From: Candidatus Babeliales bacterium
GTDB taxonomy: Bacteria > Babelota > Babeliae > Babelales > JANWKD01
Assembly: GCA_963701665.1 (NCBI GenBank)
Contig: OY969622.1
Coordinates: 960,001-1,024,000, forward strand
Direction: 5' to 3'
DNA length: 64,000 bases
The translations under genes were made by a program, and so were the position numbers. Below are positions 29,988-39,212 of this stretch, one piece after another (position 1 is the stretch's first letter; each line of letters starts with the position of its first letter). Below the pieces are notes generated by a model. The model did not search any database, had not been told where the DNA came from, and worked only from the letters and a program-made list of their open reading frames with translations.

Positions 29988-31628
29988 ATGAAGATTTTTA
30001 CCATGGTTCTATGTGCTCTTGCGCTGAGCAGCTTTATAAAAGCTTCTGAAATCACCCTGCAACAGACACCACCGTATCAAACATATTTATTAGCACACTT
30101 TAATCATTTAAATAGTAACCATGACGTAGCGCATCGTTGCTATGAACAGCTCTTGCAACAAACACAACATCCATGCATTTATGAAGGATATGCCCATCAT
30201 CTTTTTCAAACTGAACAATTTCCTCAGCTTATTACCATTGTGCCATTATTAGAAAAACATATGCCAAACAATGTTGATACACAATTATTGTGCGCACATA
30301 CGATGGAAGTCGTTGGCAAACGTCAAGACGCCTGCAACAAATTAACGGCATTAAGTACACAATTTCCTAACAATCCCGAAGTGATTTACCATGCCGCTGC
30401 TTCTCTTGCACAAAATAATCAAAATGATGCTGCCGTCAAATTAATAGATTCATTTCTCTCATCAACCAGTGAGAGTATGAAACATTTTATTTTTTATTTT
30501 TTGAAAGCACAGATTAATGCAGCAGTGGGCAATAAAGAAGGTGCACTTAACAATGTCAAAAAATGCCTTGAACTGAATGATCAGTTTGATCAAGGCTGGC
30601 TATTATATGGGCTCCTCAATGAATTAGCTGGAGAACTTGATTCGGCAATAAACGGCTATAACCAATGTTTACAATTATTAGGACCTAATGAACTTCTTGA
30701 GCGACAAATTATGCAGCTACAAATGCGCAAGCATCATCAAGAACTAACAGAATCAAATCAAGAACTTTTTAAAAAAGCTCATGACATCTTCACGGCAAAA
30801 AATTATGAAGAAGCGCTCACTTTCATTGATTCAATTCTTAAAAAAAGCAATCATCTTCCTAGCAGATTATTAAAGATTGAGATTTTGTGCAGGCTAGGTA
30901 AAGTTCCTCAAGCATTATCATTATTACAAGAATGGGCAACTGCTGATCCTCATAATGAGGTATGGTATAAAACATTAATGCTGCTCTACCAAGCAGGGGC
31001 ACAGCCACACAATGTTCTTGCTGTTTTTAAAACACTTGAAAAGAATAACCCCAAAAATATGTTACCGTTGCTCTATCAAGCAGATTTCTACATAAAAAAT
31101 GATCAAAAACAAGATGCAAAACTGTATTTGCAAAAATCGTTATCACTATGCACTGATCATAAAATTAAAGCCCGAACGTTATTTCAGCTTGCTCTCGTAC
31201 TGTATGACGAGCAGCATCAAGAAGAGGCTATGCAAAAAGCATTAGAAGAAGCGTGCGCACTTTCGTATGAATTTCCTCCTGCGTTCAATCTTCTTGCATA
31301 TCATTATGCAACGACAGATCATCTTGATAAAGCACAAGAATGCATTGGTAAAGCGTTAGCAAAAGATCCTCACAATCCGCATTTCCTCGATACACAAGCA
31401 GTTATTTGGCATAAGAAGAAAGAATTTAATAAGGCCTATGACACATTGCTTGTCTTATCACAGCAACTTCCTAATGATTGCCAGGTACATCAGCATCTTG
31501 CACAGACAGCGCACCACCTTGGCCAACATACCGTTGCACAACAAGCTTTGAAAAAAGCACAAACATTGGGTGCGCAACAAAAAAATAAAGGTGTTCAGAA
31601 AAAAGTAGTAACTATGAACACGAAATAG
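29988..31628 (+). CDS. Exported tetratricopeptide-repeat protein
   Basis: Signal peptide and multiple TPR-like repeats (NLLAYHYA...ALAKDPHNPHFLDT). Confidence 0.85.
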   Translation: MKIFTMVLCALALSSFIKASEITLQQTPPYQTYLLAHFNHLNSNHDVAHRCYEQLLQQTQHPCIYEGYAHHLFQTEQFPQLITIVPLLEKHMPNNVDTQLLCAHTMEVVGKRQDACNKLTALSTQFPNNPEVIYHAAASLAQNNQNDAAVKLIDSFLSSTSESMKHFIFYFLKAQINAAVGNKEGALNNVKKCLELNDQFDQGWLLYGLLNELAGELDSAINGYNQCLQLLGPNELLERQIMQLQMRKHHQELTESNQELFKKAHDIFTAKNYEEALTFIDSILKKSNHLPSRLLKIEILCRLGKVPQALSLLQEWATADPHNEVWYKTLMLLYQAGAQPHNVLAVFKTLEKNNPKNMLPLLYQADFYIKNDQKQDAKLYLQKSLSLCTDHKIKARTLFQLALVLYDEQHQEEAMQKALEEACALSYEFPPAFNLLAYHYATTDHLDKAQECIGKALAKDPHNPHFLDTQAVIWHKKKEFNKAYDTLLVLSQQLPNDCQVHQHLAQTAHHLGQHTVAQQALKKAQTLGAQQKNKGVQKKVVTMNTK

Positions 31629-31645
31629 ATAAATTAATCGAAAGA

Positions 31646-31759
31646 TGTCATCACGAGGAGCAAAGCGACGTGGTGACCCAGAACTTTAATCTTCATTCCT
31701 TTAAGGAATTAATTTTATAAGCTGGGTTGCCACGCCAACTATGTTGGCTCGCAATGACA
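31646..31759. repeat. REPIN-like element, subfamily A
   Basis: Reverse complement matches the GIY-YIG left arm plus leader at 48/49 nt. Confidence 0.92.
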
Positions 31760-31810
31760 ATTCGCTGCATTGAATTTGTTTAACTCCTTAAATTTGTGTA
31801 GGCAGAGCTT

Positions 31811-31838
31811 TTGACAAAAAAATTGATTATTCCATACT
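31811..31838 (+). promoter_or_regulatory. Putative sigma70 promoter
   Basis: TTGACA-16 nt-CATACT. Confidence 0.5.
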
Positions 31839-31882
31839 CCTTGACTGAGAGACTTTTCAAAACACTCAGCAAAAGGAGCCCT

Positions 31883-32218
31883 ATGAAAAAAATCTTTTTT
31901 GCGTTTTTAGTGCTATGTGCACCGGTATACGCAAGCGTTATGCTTGAAACCTCGTTCAAAGCAAGTTTTGCTCCTAAAGAGCTTTCGCGAGAAAATCCAA
32001 TTGCTCTGTATACCATGGGCGAACAACAATTCAAAATCGTATTAGTCGATATTCTTGAAGATAAAGATGGTGTTCAATTACTCTGCTTTGAAATATTTTC
32101 GATTGTTAATGGACAAGACATACTCATGTCAAAACCTATGTTCAAAAAACGAAAAGACTCATCGGCAACCTTAACCTTAGGGACTGATGAATATTCAATG
32201 ACCTTAGAAATTCGTTAA
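31883..32218 (+). CDS. Small secreted hypothetical protein
   Basis: AAGGAG RBS, signal peptide ending VYA. Confidence 0.7.
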   Translation: MKKIFFAFLVLCAPVYASVMLETSFKASFAPKELSRENPIALYTMGEQQFKIVLVDILEDKDGVQLLCFEIFSIVNGQDILMSKPMFKKRKDSSATLTLGTDEYSMTLEIR

Positions 32219-32250
32219 CAGTACTCTGTGCTTTGAAAGTCTCTCAACAA

Positions 32251-32514
32251 TTAGTTGTCTTCACAACATGAGCCTGATGCGCCCGGAAATGGCTCAGAAG
32301 AACACATACATAAACAATAAAGAGGAAGACAACAGTGTAGATAGCAAGTTTCTTCACAACACGATGTCTCGCGGCTCAAGCGAGAACTGGTTGGCGGCCT
32401 TGGCCATACCATAGAATTTTGAGGTGGTTTAGCAAAAGGAGTTTCCTCATCTTCCATAGCATTCAATAACGTGCATAGTATCCCCATACTTATCATAACC
32501 ATAGTTTTTTTCAT
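32251..32514 (-). CDS. Small secreted Cys-rich protein
   Basis: Signal peptide ending LNA-M; Pro-rich region then CCEETCYLHCCLPLYCLCMC. Confidence 0.6.
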   Translation of the reverse strand: MKKTMVMISMGILCTLLNAMEDEETPFAKPPQNSMVWPRPPTSSRLSRETSCCEETCYLHCCLPLYCLCMCSSEPFPGASGSCCEDN

Positions 32515-32592
32515 GCTCACCCCTTTTTTTTAAAGCTTATCCAAAAATTCAATCAACATTCAACACACGAGAAAAATATGCCTAGGAAAAGA

Positions 32593-32758
32593 CGTCATTC
32601 TGAGACAACGAAGTTGTCGTAGGAATCCAGTCTAATAAGATTTTTCATTTTAAAGACTGGATCCCTACGTTCCGCCTTCGTTAAAACTTCGGCGGACAGG
32701 CCGCTTCTTACGGATCCTGCGAAGCCTTGGCGAAGTAGGACGGCTCCTCAGGATGACG
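32593..32758. repeat. REPIN-like element, subfamily B, with a nested second-family doublet (32671-32740)
   Basis: CGTCAT...ATGACG ends; right arm interrupted by two TTCG-containing hairpins. Confidence 0.85.
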
Positions 32759-32896
32759 CCTCTGTTTCAAATAATAATCTCCAAATTTTGTATCCAATCG
32801 ATTATTAAAATACAAAATTCACAATTCAGAATTTTCTAACTTTAAGATAAGCTCTTATATGTTACAAAACTATCAATCCACAAAAAACATTTGATC

Positions 32897-33931
32897 ATGA
32901 GAAAAAATATGTATGTTAGCTTTGTCGGGGGAAAATCGGGGGGCCATGTGCTTCCCTGCATTGCAAAAGCACAAGAAATAATTGCACACAATCCAACAAC
33001 AAAAATACTTTTTTTTACCAGTCGCTCATCATTGGATAAAAAAATTATCGAGAACTTCACCTGTATTGAGCAAACAGTATTTTTGCCGATGCAGGCTATG
33101 GTGCTAAAAAAGTGGTGGCGAATGCCGCAGTATGCAGTACAATTTCTGCGCTCGTTTTTTATAAGTATTGTTGTTCTTCACCAGTATAAACCACAGACGC
33201 TTATAAGTATGGGCGGCATCATTTCAATACCCGTTTGCATTGCAGCTAAGCTGCTTGGCATTCCCATCATGTTACAAGAATTAAATGTTATTCCTGGAAA
33301 AGCAATCAAAGCGCTCGCACCACTCGCAACAGAAATTAGCGTGTGCTTTCAAGAAACGCGCGCCTATTTTGCTCCGCGCGCATGCATTAAACGCGCGTAT
33401 CCACTGCGTTTCAAACCCTCGCTCGCCCATATAACAAAAAAGCAAGCGTGTGCACATCTTGGTTTGCGCGATGATATTCCCATCCTCATGATTATTGGCG
33501 GTTCGCAAGGATCGGTATTTTTAAATACCCTTATTAAGCGTTGGCTTGCAGCAAAACCGAGCACGACGCCATTACAAGTTATTCATCAATTGGGCGATTC
33601 AACATTAAACGAGTGGCAAGCATTGTATGCAGCGCATGGCATTCCTGCACTCGTTTTTTCTTTTAATCACGCGATCGAGTACTGTTATGCTGCGAGCGAT
33701 CTTGTGCTTTGCCGTGCGGGTGCAGGCACCTTATTTGAATTATTGTTTTTCCAAAAAAAATGTATCACCATTCCTCTTGAAACAACGGAAAATAATCATC
33801 AACTTTTCAATGCACAAGCTTTTGTGCATGAATATCCTCATATGATACGCATGTTCCGTCAGCAAGAATTGCACGATATAACATCATTTTCTCAGCATCT
33901 GATTACCGATCTTAGACAGGCCAATCAGTAG
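32897..33931 (+). CDS. murG: Undecaprenyl-PP-MurNAc-pentapeptide GlcNAc transferase
   Basis: GGKSGGHVLP, MGG, ELNVIPG, GGSQGS, RAGAGT, HQLFNA. Confidence 0.93.
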   Translation: MRKNMYVSFVGGKSGGHVLPCIAKAQEIIAHNPTTKILFFTSRSSLDKKIIENFTCIEQTVFLPMQAMVLKKWWRMPQYAVQFLRSFFISIVVLHQYKPQTLISMGGIISIPVCIAAKLLGIPIMLQELNVIPGKAIKALAPLATEISVCFQETRAYFAPRACIKRAYPLRFKPSLAHITKKQACAHLGLRDDIPILMIIGGSQGSVFLNTLIKRWLAAKPSTTPLQVIHQLGDSTLNEWQALYAAHGIPALVFSFNHAIEYCYAASDLVLCRAGAGTLFELLFFQKKCITIPLETTENNHQLFNAQAFVHEYPHMIRMFRQQELHDITSFSQHLITDLRQANQ

Positions 33932-35774
33932 GTTTTTGTCCTGCAAATAAAATATAATCATTGCTGCCACCTTGATAGAGTAAAGGATAATTTTCAATAC
34001 TCACTGCTGGCCCTGATACAAACAAATCAAATCCATGTTGTCCTGTAATACTGAGTGTTTTACCATCTTTCTCAAAAAAACCTGGGGCCCCATATTGTTG
34101 TATCATAGTCATAATTTCTTGTGTGACGCCGGCTTTATTTTTTGAATAGTTCTTCATCCAACCGAGCACTTTCTGATTGAGCGTTTTGGCAAAGGCATCA
34201 AGATCTTCTGTCGCCTTCACCTTTTCAGTATCAATAAATGAGCCGAGCAAACCACTGACTTGATCTACGCGAATTAACGCTGGCGGTACAACGTAATAAT
34301 ACGGCCCAAAACCAAGCCCCCGTGGACTAAAATAATCCACCAGCACTACAACACCTTGTACGCCAGAGCCTTTTGTATCATCAATGATACCCAGTTGATT
34401 TGGTGGAATAGTAGTAAGCACAGTCTTTTCATCAAACCTAGGTATATTGATAGTTGGTTCAATAGCTTCTTTTCCTATAACACCATCACTTAGACGTTTA
34501 AGAAATGCTTTTGCTTTTGCATCATCATTAGTAAGTACAAAAACAACAAACAATGCTGATTTTTTTTCTGAAACCTGTGGCCGTATAATATTGAAGGTCG
34601 CAACATCGCTACCTTTTATTTTTTGTTGGTACGTAGAATCATGGGTAATATAGGAAATCCACATCTGCCCTTCAGGCTCATATGGCTCATCAGTATTTTT
34701 TGGATTCAGCTTTTTATATTGGTCAGACGATTGATACCACACGTGACATTCAAGAGGATTAATATCGCGCACAACATTTTTGGTAGAGTCTTTGCCAACT
34801 GTTTGCGTATAATTGCCGATCCCTAATCCTTGCATGCCGGCATCAAGTCCTTGGCTGCCTTGAAATACTTCGTAAGTATATAACATCGGGTCAGCTGGAA
34901 CATAGGTAGGGGCCTTGTTGGGATCTTTGCTTGGTGCTTGTTGCATACCACAAATAGCGAGTGGCGTTAATGGTAATGAAACGAATGGTTTACCATTTTG
35001 CAAAAATGTTAATGAACGTTTTTCACTGCTATCCTTTGCAGGTCGTATAGAATTTTTGACCCAACTATCAGAGCTGAGCAAACTAAAGGTATCAGGTTCG
35101 AGGGTTACAACATAGGTAACGCCATTTTTCATGTATTGCAATGAAACTGCTTGCGTTGCAGAATTCAAGAACACACCATTAAATTCTGGTGTTGTTGTTT
35201 TAATACCAAGATACTCCACTTTAGGGATTGTTCGATCACTATACGCACGATAATGATAAATATTTTTTGCATCGGGGTAGGCTATATTTTTTCGAAAGAG
35301 AGAATTCCAATTTACGGGATAGGGCGGCTTACCACTTGAACTATATGATTCATATAAGAATTTATTATTGACATCCCATTGCACGGCAAATTTGAAATAA
35401 AGATCCATATGCCAGAGTGGGCCATTTTCTTGACCACCTATATTTCCATACGGGTCAACCTTAAAAGCACGCGTTATATCACCATCAATTTCTATCCCAA
35501 CAAATTTTTTGACATCTTCTATCGCTGCATTCATGGGCCCTGGGGAATCATTCCAAAACATAATTGAGTAGACGCAACCAGCTTGTAAACATTTACCCGA
35601 AAATGATTCTGCAATACCAGTACCAAAATTTACGGCATAATCTTTCACGGTGCCCCATGCATCAGTAAATGCACCCGTTAATTCATCTACATCATCGGCG
35701 TATGCACTCGTGATGCTTAAAAAGATAAGACTGCATAGCCATATGCGCAGATACCCTACGAAATTTCCCTTCAT
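33912..35774 (-). CDS. Large secreted hypothetical protein
   Basis: 620-aa ORF, signal peptide ending AYA, AGGAG RBS. Confidence 0.75.
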   Translation of the reverse strand: MKGNFVGYLRIWLCSLIFLSITSAYADDVDELTGAFTDAWGTVKDYAVNFGTGIAESFSGKCLQAGCVYSIMFWNDSPGPMNAAIEDVKKFVGIEIDGDITRAFKVDPYGNIGGQENGPLWHMDLYFKFAVQWDVNNKFLYESYSSSGKPPYPVNWNSLFRKNIAYPDAKNIYHYRAYSDRTIPKVEYLGIKTTTPEFNGVFLNSATQAVSLQYMKNGVTYVVTLEPDTFSLLSSDSWVKNSIRPAKDSSEKRSLTFLQNGKPFVSLPLTPLAICGMQQAPSKDPNKAPTYVPADPMLYTYEVFQGSQGLDAGMQGLGIGNYTQTVGKDSTKNVVRDINPLECHVWYQSSDQYKKLNPKNTDEPYEPEGQMWISYITHDSTYQQKIKGSDVATFNIIRPQVSEKKSALFVVFVLTNDDAKAKAFLKRLSDGVIGKEAIEPTINIPRFDEKTVLTTIPPNQLGIIDDTKGSGVQGVVVLVDYFSPRGLGFGPYYYVVPPALIRVDQVSGLLGSFIDTEKVKATEDLDAFAKTLNQKVLGWMKNYSKNKAGVTQEIMTMIQQYGAPGFFEKDGKTLSITGQHGFDLFVSGPAVSIENYPLLYQGGSNDYILFAGQKPTDWPV

Positions 35775-35852
35775 ACACTCTCCTCTTCTTGATTCTTTTT
35801 TTAACGCAAATTCGATGAGCTACTATCGCAGGAATGCATATTGAAACAAAAT

Positions 35853-35955
35853 TGTCATTGCGAGCGTAAGCGTGGCAATCCAATTATAAAATTAGTTCCT
35901 TTAAGGATTTAATTAAAGTTTGGATCCCCACGTCGCTTCGCTCCTCGGGAAGACA
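35853..35955. repeat. REPIN-like element, subfamily A
   Basis: tgtcattgcgagcgtaagcgtggcaatcc-linker-ggatccccacgtcgcttcgctcctcgggaagaca. Confidence 0.92.
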
Positions 35956-36059
35956 CTCTTGTTCATTGTGTGTTTCATCGAATTCGCATCCTTTTTTAAA
36001 GTTCTTTGAAAAAAAGCATACAAGAATGATTGATCAACGTGCAATTACTTTAACAAATG

Positions 36060-37937
36060 TCACATTAAAATAGTTAGTGCATTACGATCTGTAGGATCAG
36101 CAAGAATTTTTCCCGTTTTTGCGTGAATGCAATATTCTTTGAGCGAAGGATCATAAGAGAATTTTTTCTTTTGATGCTTAAGTGATAAATAAAGATTCTT
36201 CCAAATAGGAAACGCAGTTGATACCGCATACACATTAGAACCTAATGATTCATTTTCATCACAACTCAGATAAAGCCCCGTCGTCAAATCGGGCGTGGAA
36301 CCCATGAACCAACAGATGCGCGAATCGTTCGTTGTTCCGGTTTTGCCGATCGCCTCACTGGCGATCCACTCGCCTGGTTTTCTTTTGCGCGCGCGTTCTA
36401 GCCCAAGACTTAAGACTTTAGTAATTTGTCCACTCACGCGCGGGTGTAATGCAATTTCTTGATGCGCATGCGCAGTAAAAATTTTGTGACCCCATTCATC
36501 TTTAATCCAGGTAACATAATGCGGTTCAATGTAGATGCCATTATTAGCGTACACATTAAACATACCTACTGCCTCTTTCACGGTGCCATCAACACATCCC
36601 AACGCAAGTGAAGGGTAGCGCGGCAGTGGCGATTTAATGCCAAACTTACGCGCCAACGTAATGACTTTATCAAATCCTAGAGATAATAACGTTTTTATTA
36701 AAATAATATTATTGGAATAAGCCAGAGCACGAGCGAGCGTCATTTCACCCAAAAAGGTACGGTCATGATTTCTTGGTTGCCAGGTACTGATTTGTAATGG
36801 CTCATCGATGTCCGTTTGCGCTAAGGTTGCGCCACTTTCAATGGCAGCGGCAAATATAATTGGTTTAAAAATCGAACCCATTTGTTTATGGGCTTGTAGT
36901 GCACGATTAAATTTCGATGTTTCGAAATCGTAACCGCCGATCAATGCTTTGATGTGACCGGTTTTAACTTCCATTGAAATCATACCACCATCAATACGCG
37001 GCGTTTGTTTACGCAACTCCTCAATTTGCTCTTTAAATGATCGATTGGCTGCATTCTGAATTTCACGGCTGAGCGTTGTTTGAATTACATAGCCACCGGT
37101 ATATAACCTTTTTTTTCCCACAATATCTTCGGCCATAAGTCTGATTGTTTCTTTTAAATGCGGAGCACAACAATCTTCTTCATGCGCACGTAAGCCTAAA
37201 GGACGAGTTTTCGCTTCTTCATATTCTTCTTGAGAAATTAATTTTTGCTGTAGCATAGAATGCAACACGATGTTACGTCGTTTTTGCGCAGAAAGTGGAT
37301 AGGTTAGCGGGCAATAGTGAGAAGGATTTTTTACAATACCCGCTAATAATGCCGCCTGATCCAACGTAATATGAGCAGCAGATGTTGCCCAAAAACGCTG
37401 ACATGCCGCCTCAACACCATAAATGCCGCAACCAAAAAAAACCTGGTTAAGATAGGTTTCTAAAATGTGTTCTTTGCTAAATTGTTGTTCAACCACAAGT
37501 GCTAAAAATTGATCTTTAATTTTTCGCATGAAAGTGCGTTTTGAATCGGTAAAGAGTAGCTTGACCAATTGCTGCGTTATGGTACTCGCTCCTTGCACAA
37601 TCTTTCCATGATACATGTTTATTAATAAAGAACGGATAATACCTTTGAGAGAAATACCTTGATGATGAAAAAATGCATGATCTTCTGCCGCTATAAAAGC
37701 ATTCATGACGTATGGTGACATATGTTTAATGGAAATCGGCGTTCTCTTATCAAAAGAAAAACGCGCCCACTCATTGCCTTGATCATCAAGGACTATTGTT
37801 GGCTTTCCCGGATTATAATGTTCAAGCACACTCAAATCAATGACGGTGTTATGCACAAAAAAGAAAATCGTACTTGCGCAACAAGCACTTATTAAAATAA
37901 GTATGATGAAAACATAGCGGGCAATGGTTGTTACCAT
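36060..37937 (-). CDS. mrcA: Class A penicillin-binding protein (PBP1A family)
   Basis: Transglycosylase motifs EDHAFFHHQG and GASTITQQ; transpeptidase motifs SIFK, SNN, KTG. Confidence 0.92.
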   Translation of the reverse strand: MVTTIARYVFIILILISACCASTIFFFVHNTVIDLSVLEHYNPGKPTIVLDDQGNEWARFSFDKRTPISIKHMSPYVMNAFIAAEDHAFFHHQGISLKGIIRSLLINMYHGKIVQGASTITQQLVKLLFTDSKRTFMRKIKDQFLALVVEQQFSKEHILETYLNQVFFGCGIYGVEAACQRFWATSAAHITLDQAALLAGIVKNPSHYCPLTYPLSAQKRRNIVLHSMLQQKLISQEEYEEAKTRPLGLRAHEEDCCAPHLKETIRLMAEDIVGKKRLYTGGYVIQTTLSREIQNAANRSFKEQIEELRKQTPRIDGGMISMEVKTGHIKALIGGYDFETSKFNRALQAHKQMGSIFKPIIFAAAIESGATLAQTDIDEPLQISTWQPRNHDRTFLGEMTLARALAYSNNIILIKTLLSLGFDKVITLARKFGIKSPLPRYPSLALGCVDGTVKEAVGMFNVYANNGIYIEPHYVTWIKDEWGHKIFTAHAHQEIALHPRVSGQITKVLSLGLERARKRKPGEWIASEAIGKTGTTNDSRICWFMGSTPDLTTGLYLSCDENESLGSNVYAVSTAFPIWKNLYLSLKHQKKKFSYDPSLKEYCIHAKTGKILADPTDRNALTILM

Positions 37938-37950
37938 AAAATATATATAA

Positions 37951-37978
37951 AAAAGATAAGGGTCGCTTATGCGACCCT
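37951..37978 (-). terminator. Intrinsic terminator
   Basis: agggtcgc-ttat-gcgaccct followed by a U-rich tail on the minus strand. Confidence 0.7.
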
Positions 37979-38040
37979 AGTAGTATTTATTGCATGACTG
38001 TTGTTAAGCCTGACAGTCACTTACTGCCTAACTTAATTTA

Positions 38041-38298
38041 TTATACTAACTTATTTTCTTGTTCGTCCTCAAAACCTAAGAAAGCTCTAACAGATGGGCA
38101 TTTCAATGCGGCATACACACCAATTCCAGCAGCAACAGTCAACCCAAGAGCAATTCTATGTTTTACACAGAATGTTTTTGCTTGTGCATAGTACGCTGAA
38201 ATTTTAGATGGAGCAGCTGGTGCAGTTTCATTGCCGTACATATTTACGCCAGTAAACAACAATGCACTTAATGTTGTAATAAAAATTTGTTTTTTCAT
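38041..38298 (-). CDS. Small protein with signal peptide and C-terminal TM helix
   Basis: AGGAG RBS before ATG 38298; IALGLTVAAGIGVYAAL. Confidence 0.7.
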   Translation of the reverse strand: MKKQIFITTLSALLFTGVNMYGNETAPAAPSKISAYYAQAKTFCVKHRIALGLTVAAGIGVYAALKCPSVRAFLGFEDEQENKLV

Positions 38299-38348
38299 TG
38301 AATATGAACTCCTAACATGAAATGTATCAAACTTAACAACTGTGGTAA

Positions 38349-38376
38349 AATGTACTTGAATAATATTATTTGTCAA
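38349..38376 (-). promoter_or_regulatory. Putative sigma70 promoter
   Basis: TTGACA-16 nt-TACATT on the minus strand. Confidence 0.5.
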
Positions 38377-38422
38377 TATAAGATAGAGTACGTTTTGAAA
38401 CAATGCCCAAATAAAAAACGCT

Positions 38423-38875
38423 GTGAATCATATAATTACACATTTTGTCTTACTGTTTTTCTTTCTTGATGTAACACTTATTGGTTTTTTTAAATACCAA
38501 TGTGTCCACATGCTTTTGAGTTTATATTGTGCATCGCGCATAGTAGCTGAACGTATGCTCTTTGATGAAATATTGCTCATAATTCTTTTCTTAATTGAAC
38601 AATGTTTACTTGATGATATGTTTGGGGTGCATCTTATCTATGTTTTACCCCTCATGGCATGCATCAACCTCCTTCAACCATTTTTTCGCCTAGATTTAGC
38701 CATACTTCCCTGCGCCTCGTTTATTTTTTTATTCTGCGCTCGCACCCTCTTTACCCATGGGTTTACAGGGATAAATACCTATATCTTTTATGAACTTTGT
38801 GCTAATATAGGTATTATACTGCTGTTCTTGAAATATATAGTTAAAGGTAGACTAGACAATCGCTTGTGCGCTTAG
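38423..38875 (+). CDS. Membrane protein, weakly MreD-like
   Basis: About 150 aa with several TM segments; lies near the PBP1A and PASTA genes. Confidence 0.5.
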   Translation: MNHIITHFVLLFFFLDVTLIGFFKYQCVHMLLSLYCASRIVAERMLFDEILLIILFLIEQCLLDDMFGVHLIYVLPLMACINLLQPFFRLDLAILPCASFIFLFCARTLFTHGFTGINTYIFYELCANIGIILLFLKYIVKGRLDNRLCA

Positions 38876-39198
38876 CACAGGAGGAAAGTCCGGACTCCAA
38901 ACGAGCTAAGTACCTTAAAAGACTCCGGTCAATTAAGGGGGATGCAAATCCATGGATAGTGCCACAGAAAATAACCGCCGTTTACTCACGTAATCGGTAA
39001 GGCTGAAAACGGGTGGTAAGAGCGCACGCGTTATCATAGTAATATGATAATGGGGTAAACCCTACTTGGAGCAAGACAAAATAGGCATGTTCGGTTGTTC
39101 GTTCCGGTTTAAACATGCGGGTATGTCGCCTAGATAAATGATTGTCATTTTTATTGTTCGCTTTAAAAAACAGAATCCGGCTTATTGTCTACCTTAAC
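38840..39198 (+). ncRNA. rnpB: RNase P RNA (type A-like)
   Basis: GAGGAAAGTCCGGAC, AGTGCCACAGAAA, GGTAAACCC, GAGCAAG, CAGAATCCGGCTTA; P1 aaggtagac/gtctacctt; P2 gacaatc/gattgtc. Confidence 0.97.
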
Positions 39199-39212
39199 TA
39201 GCTGAGTTACTA

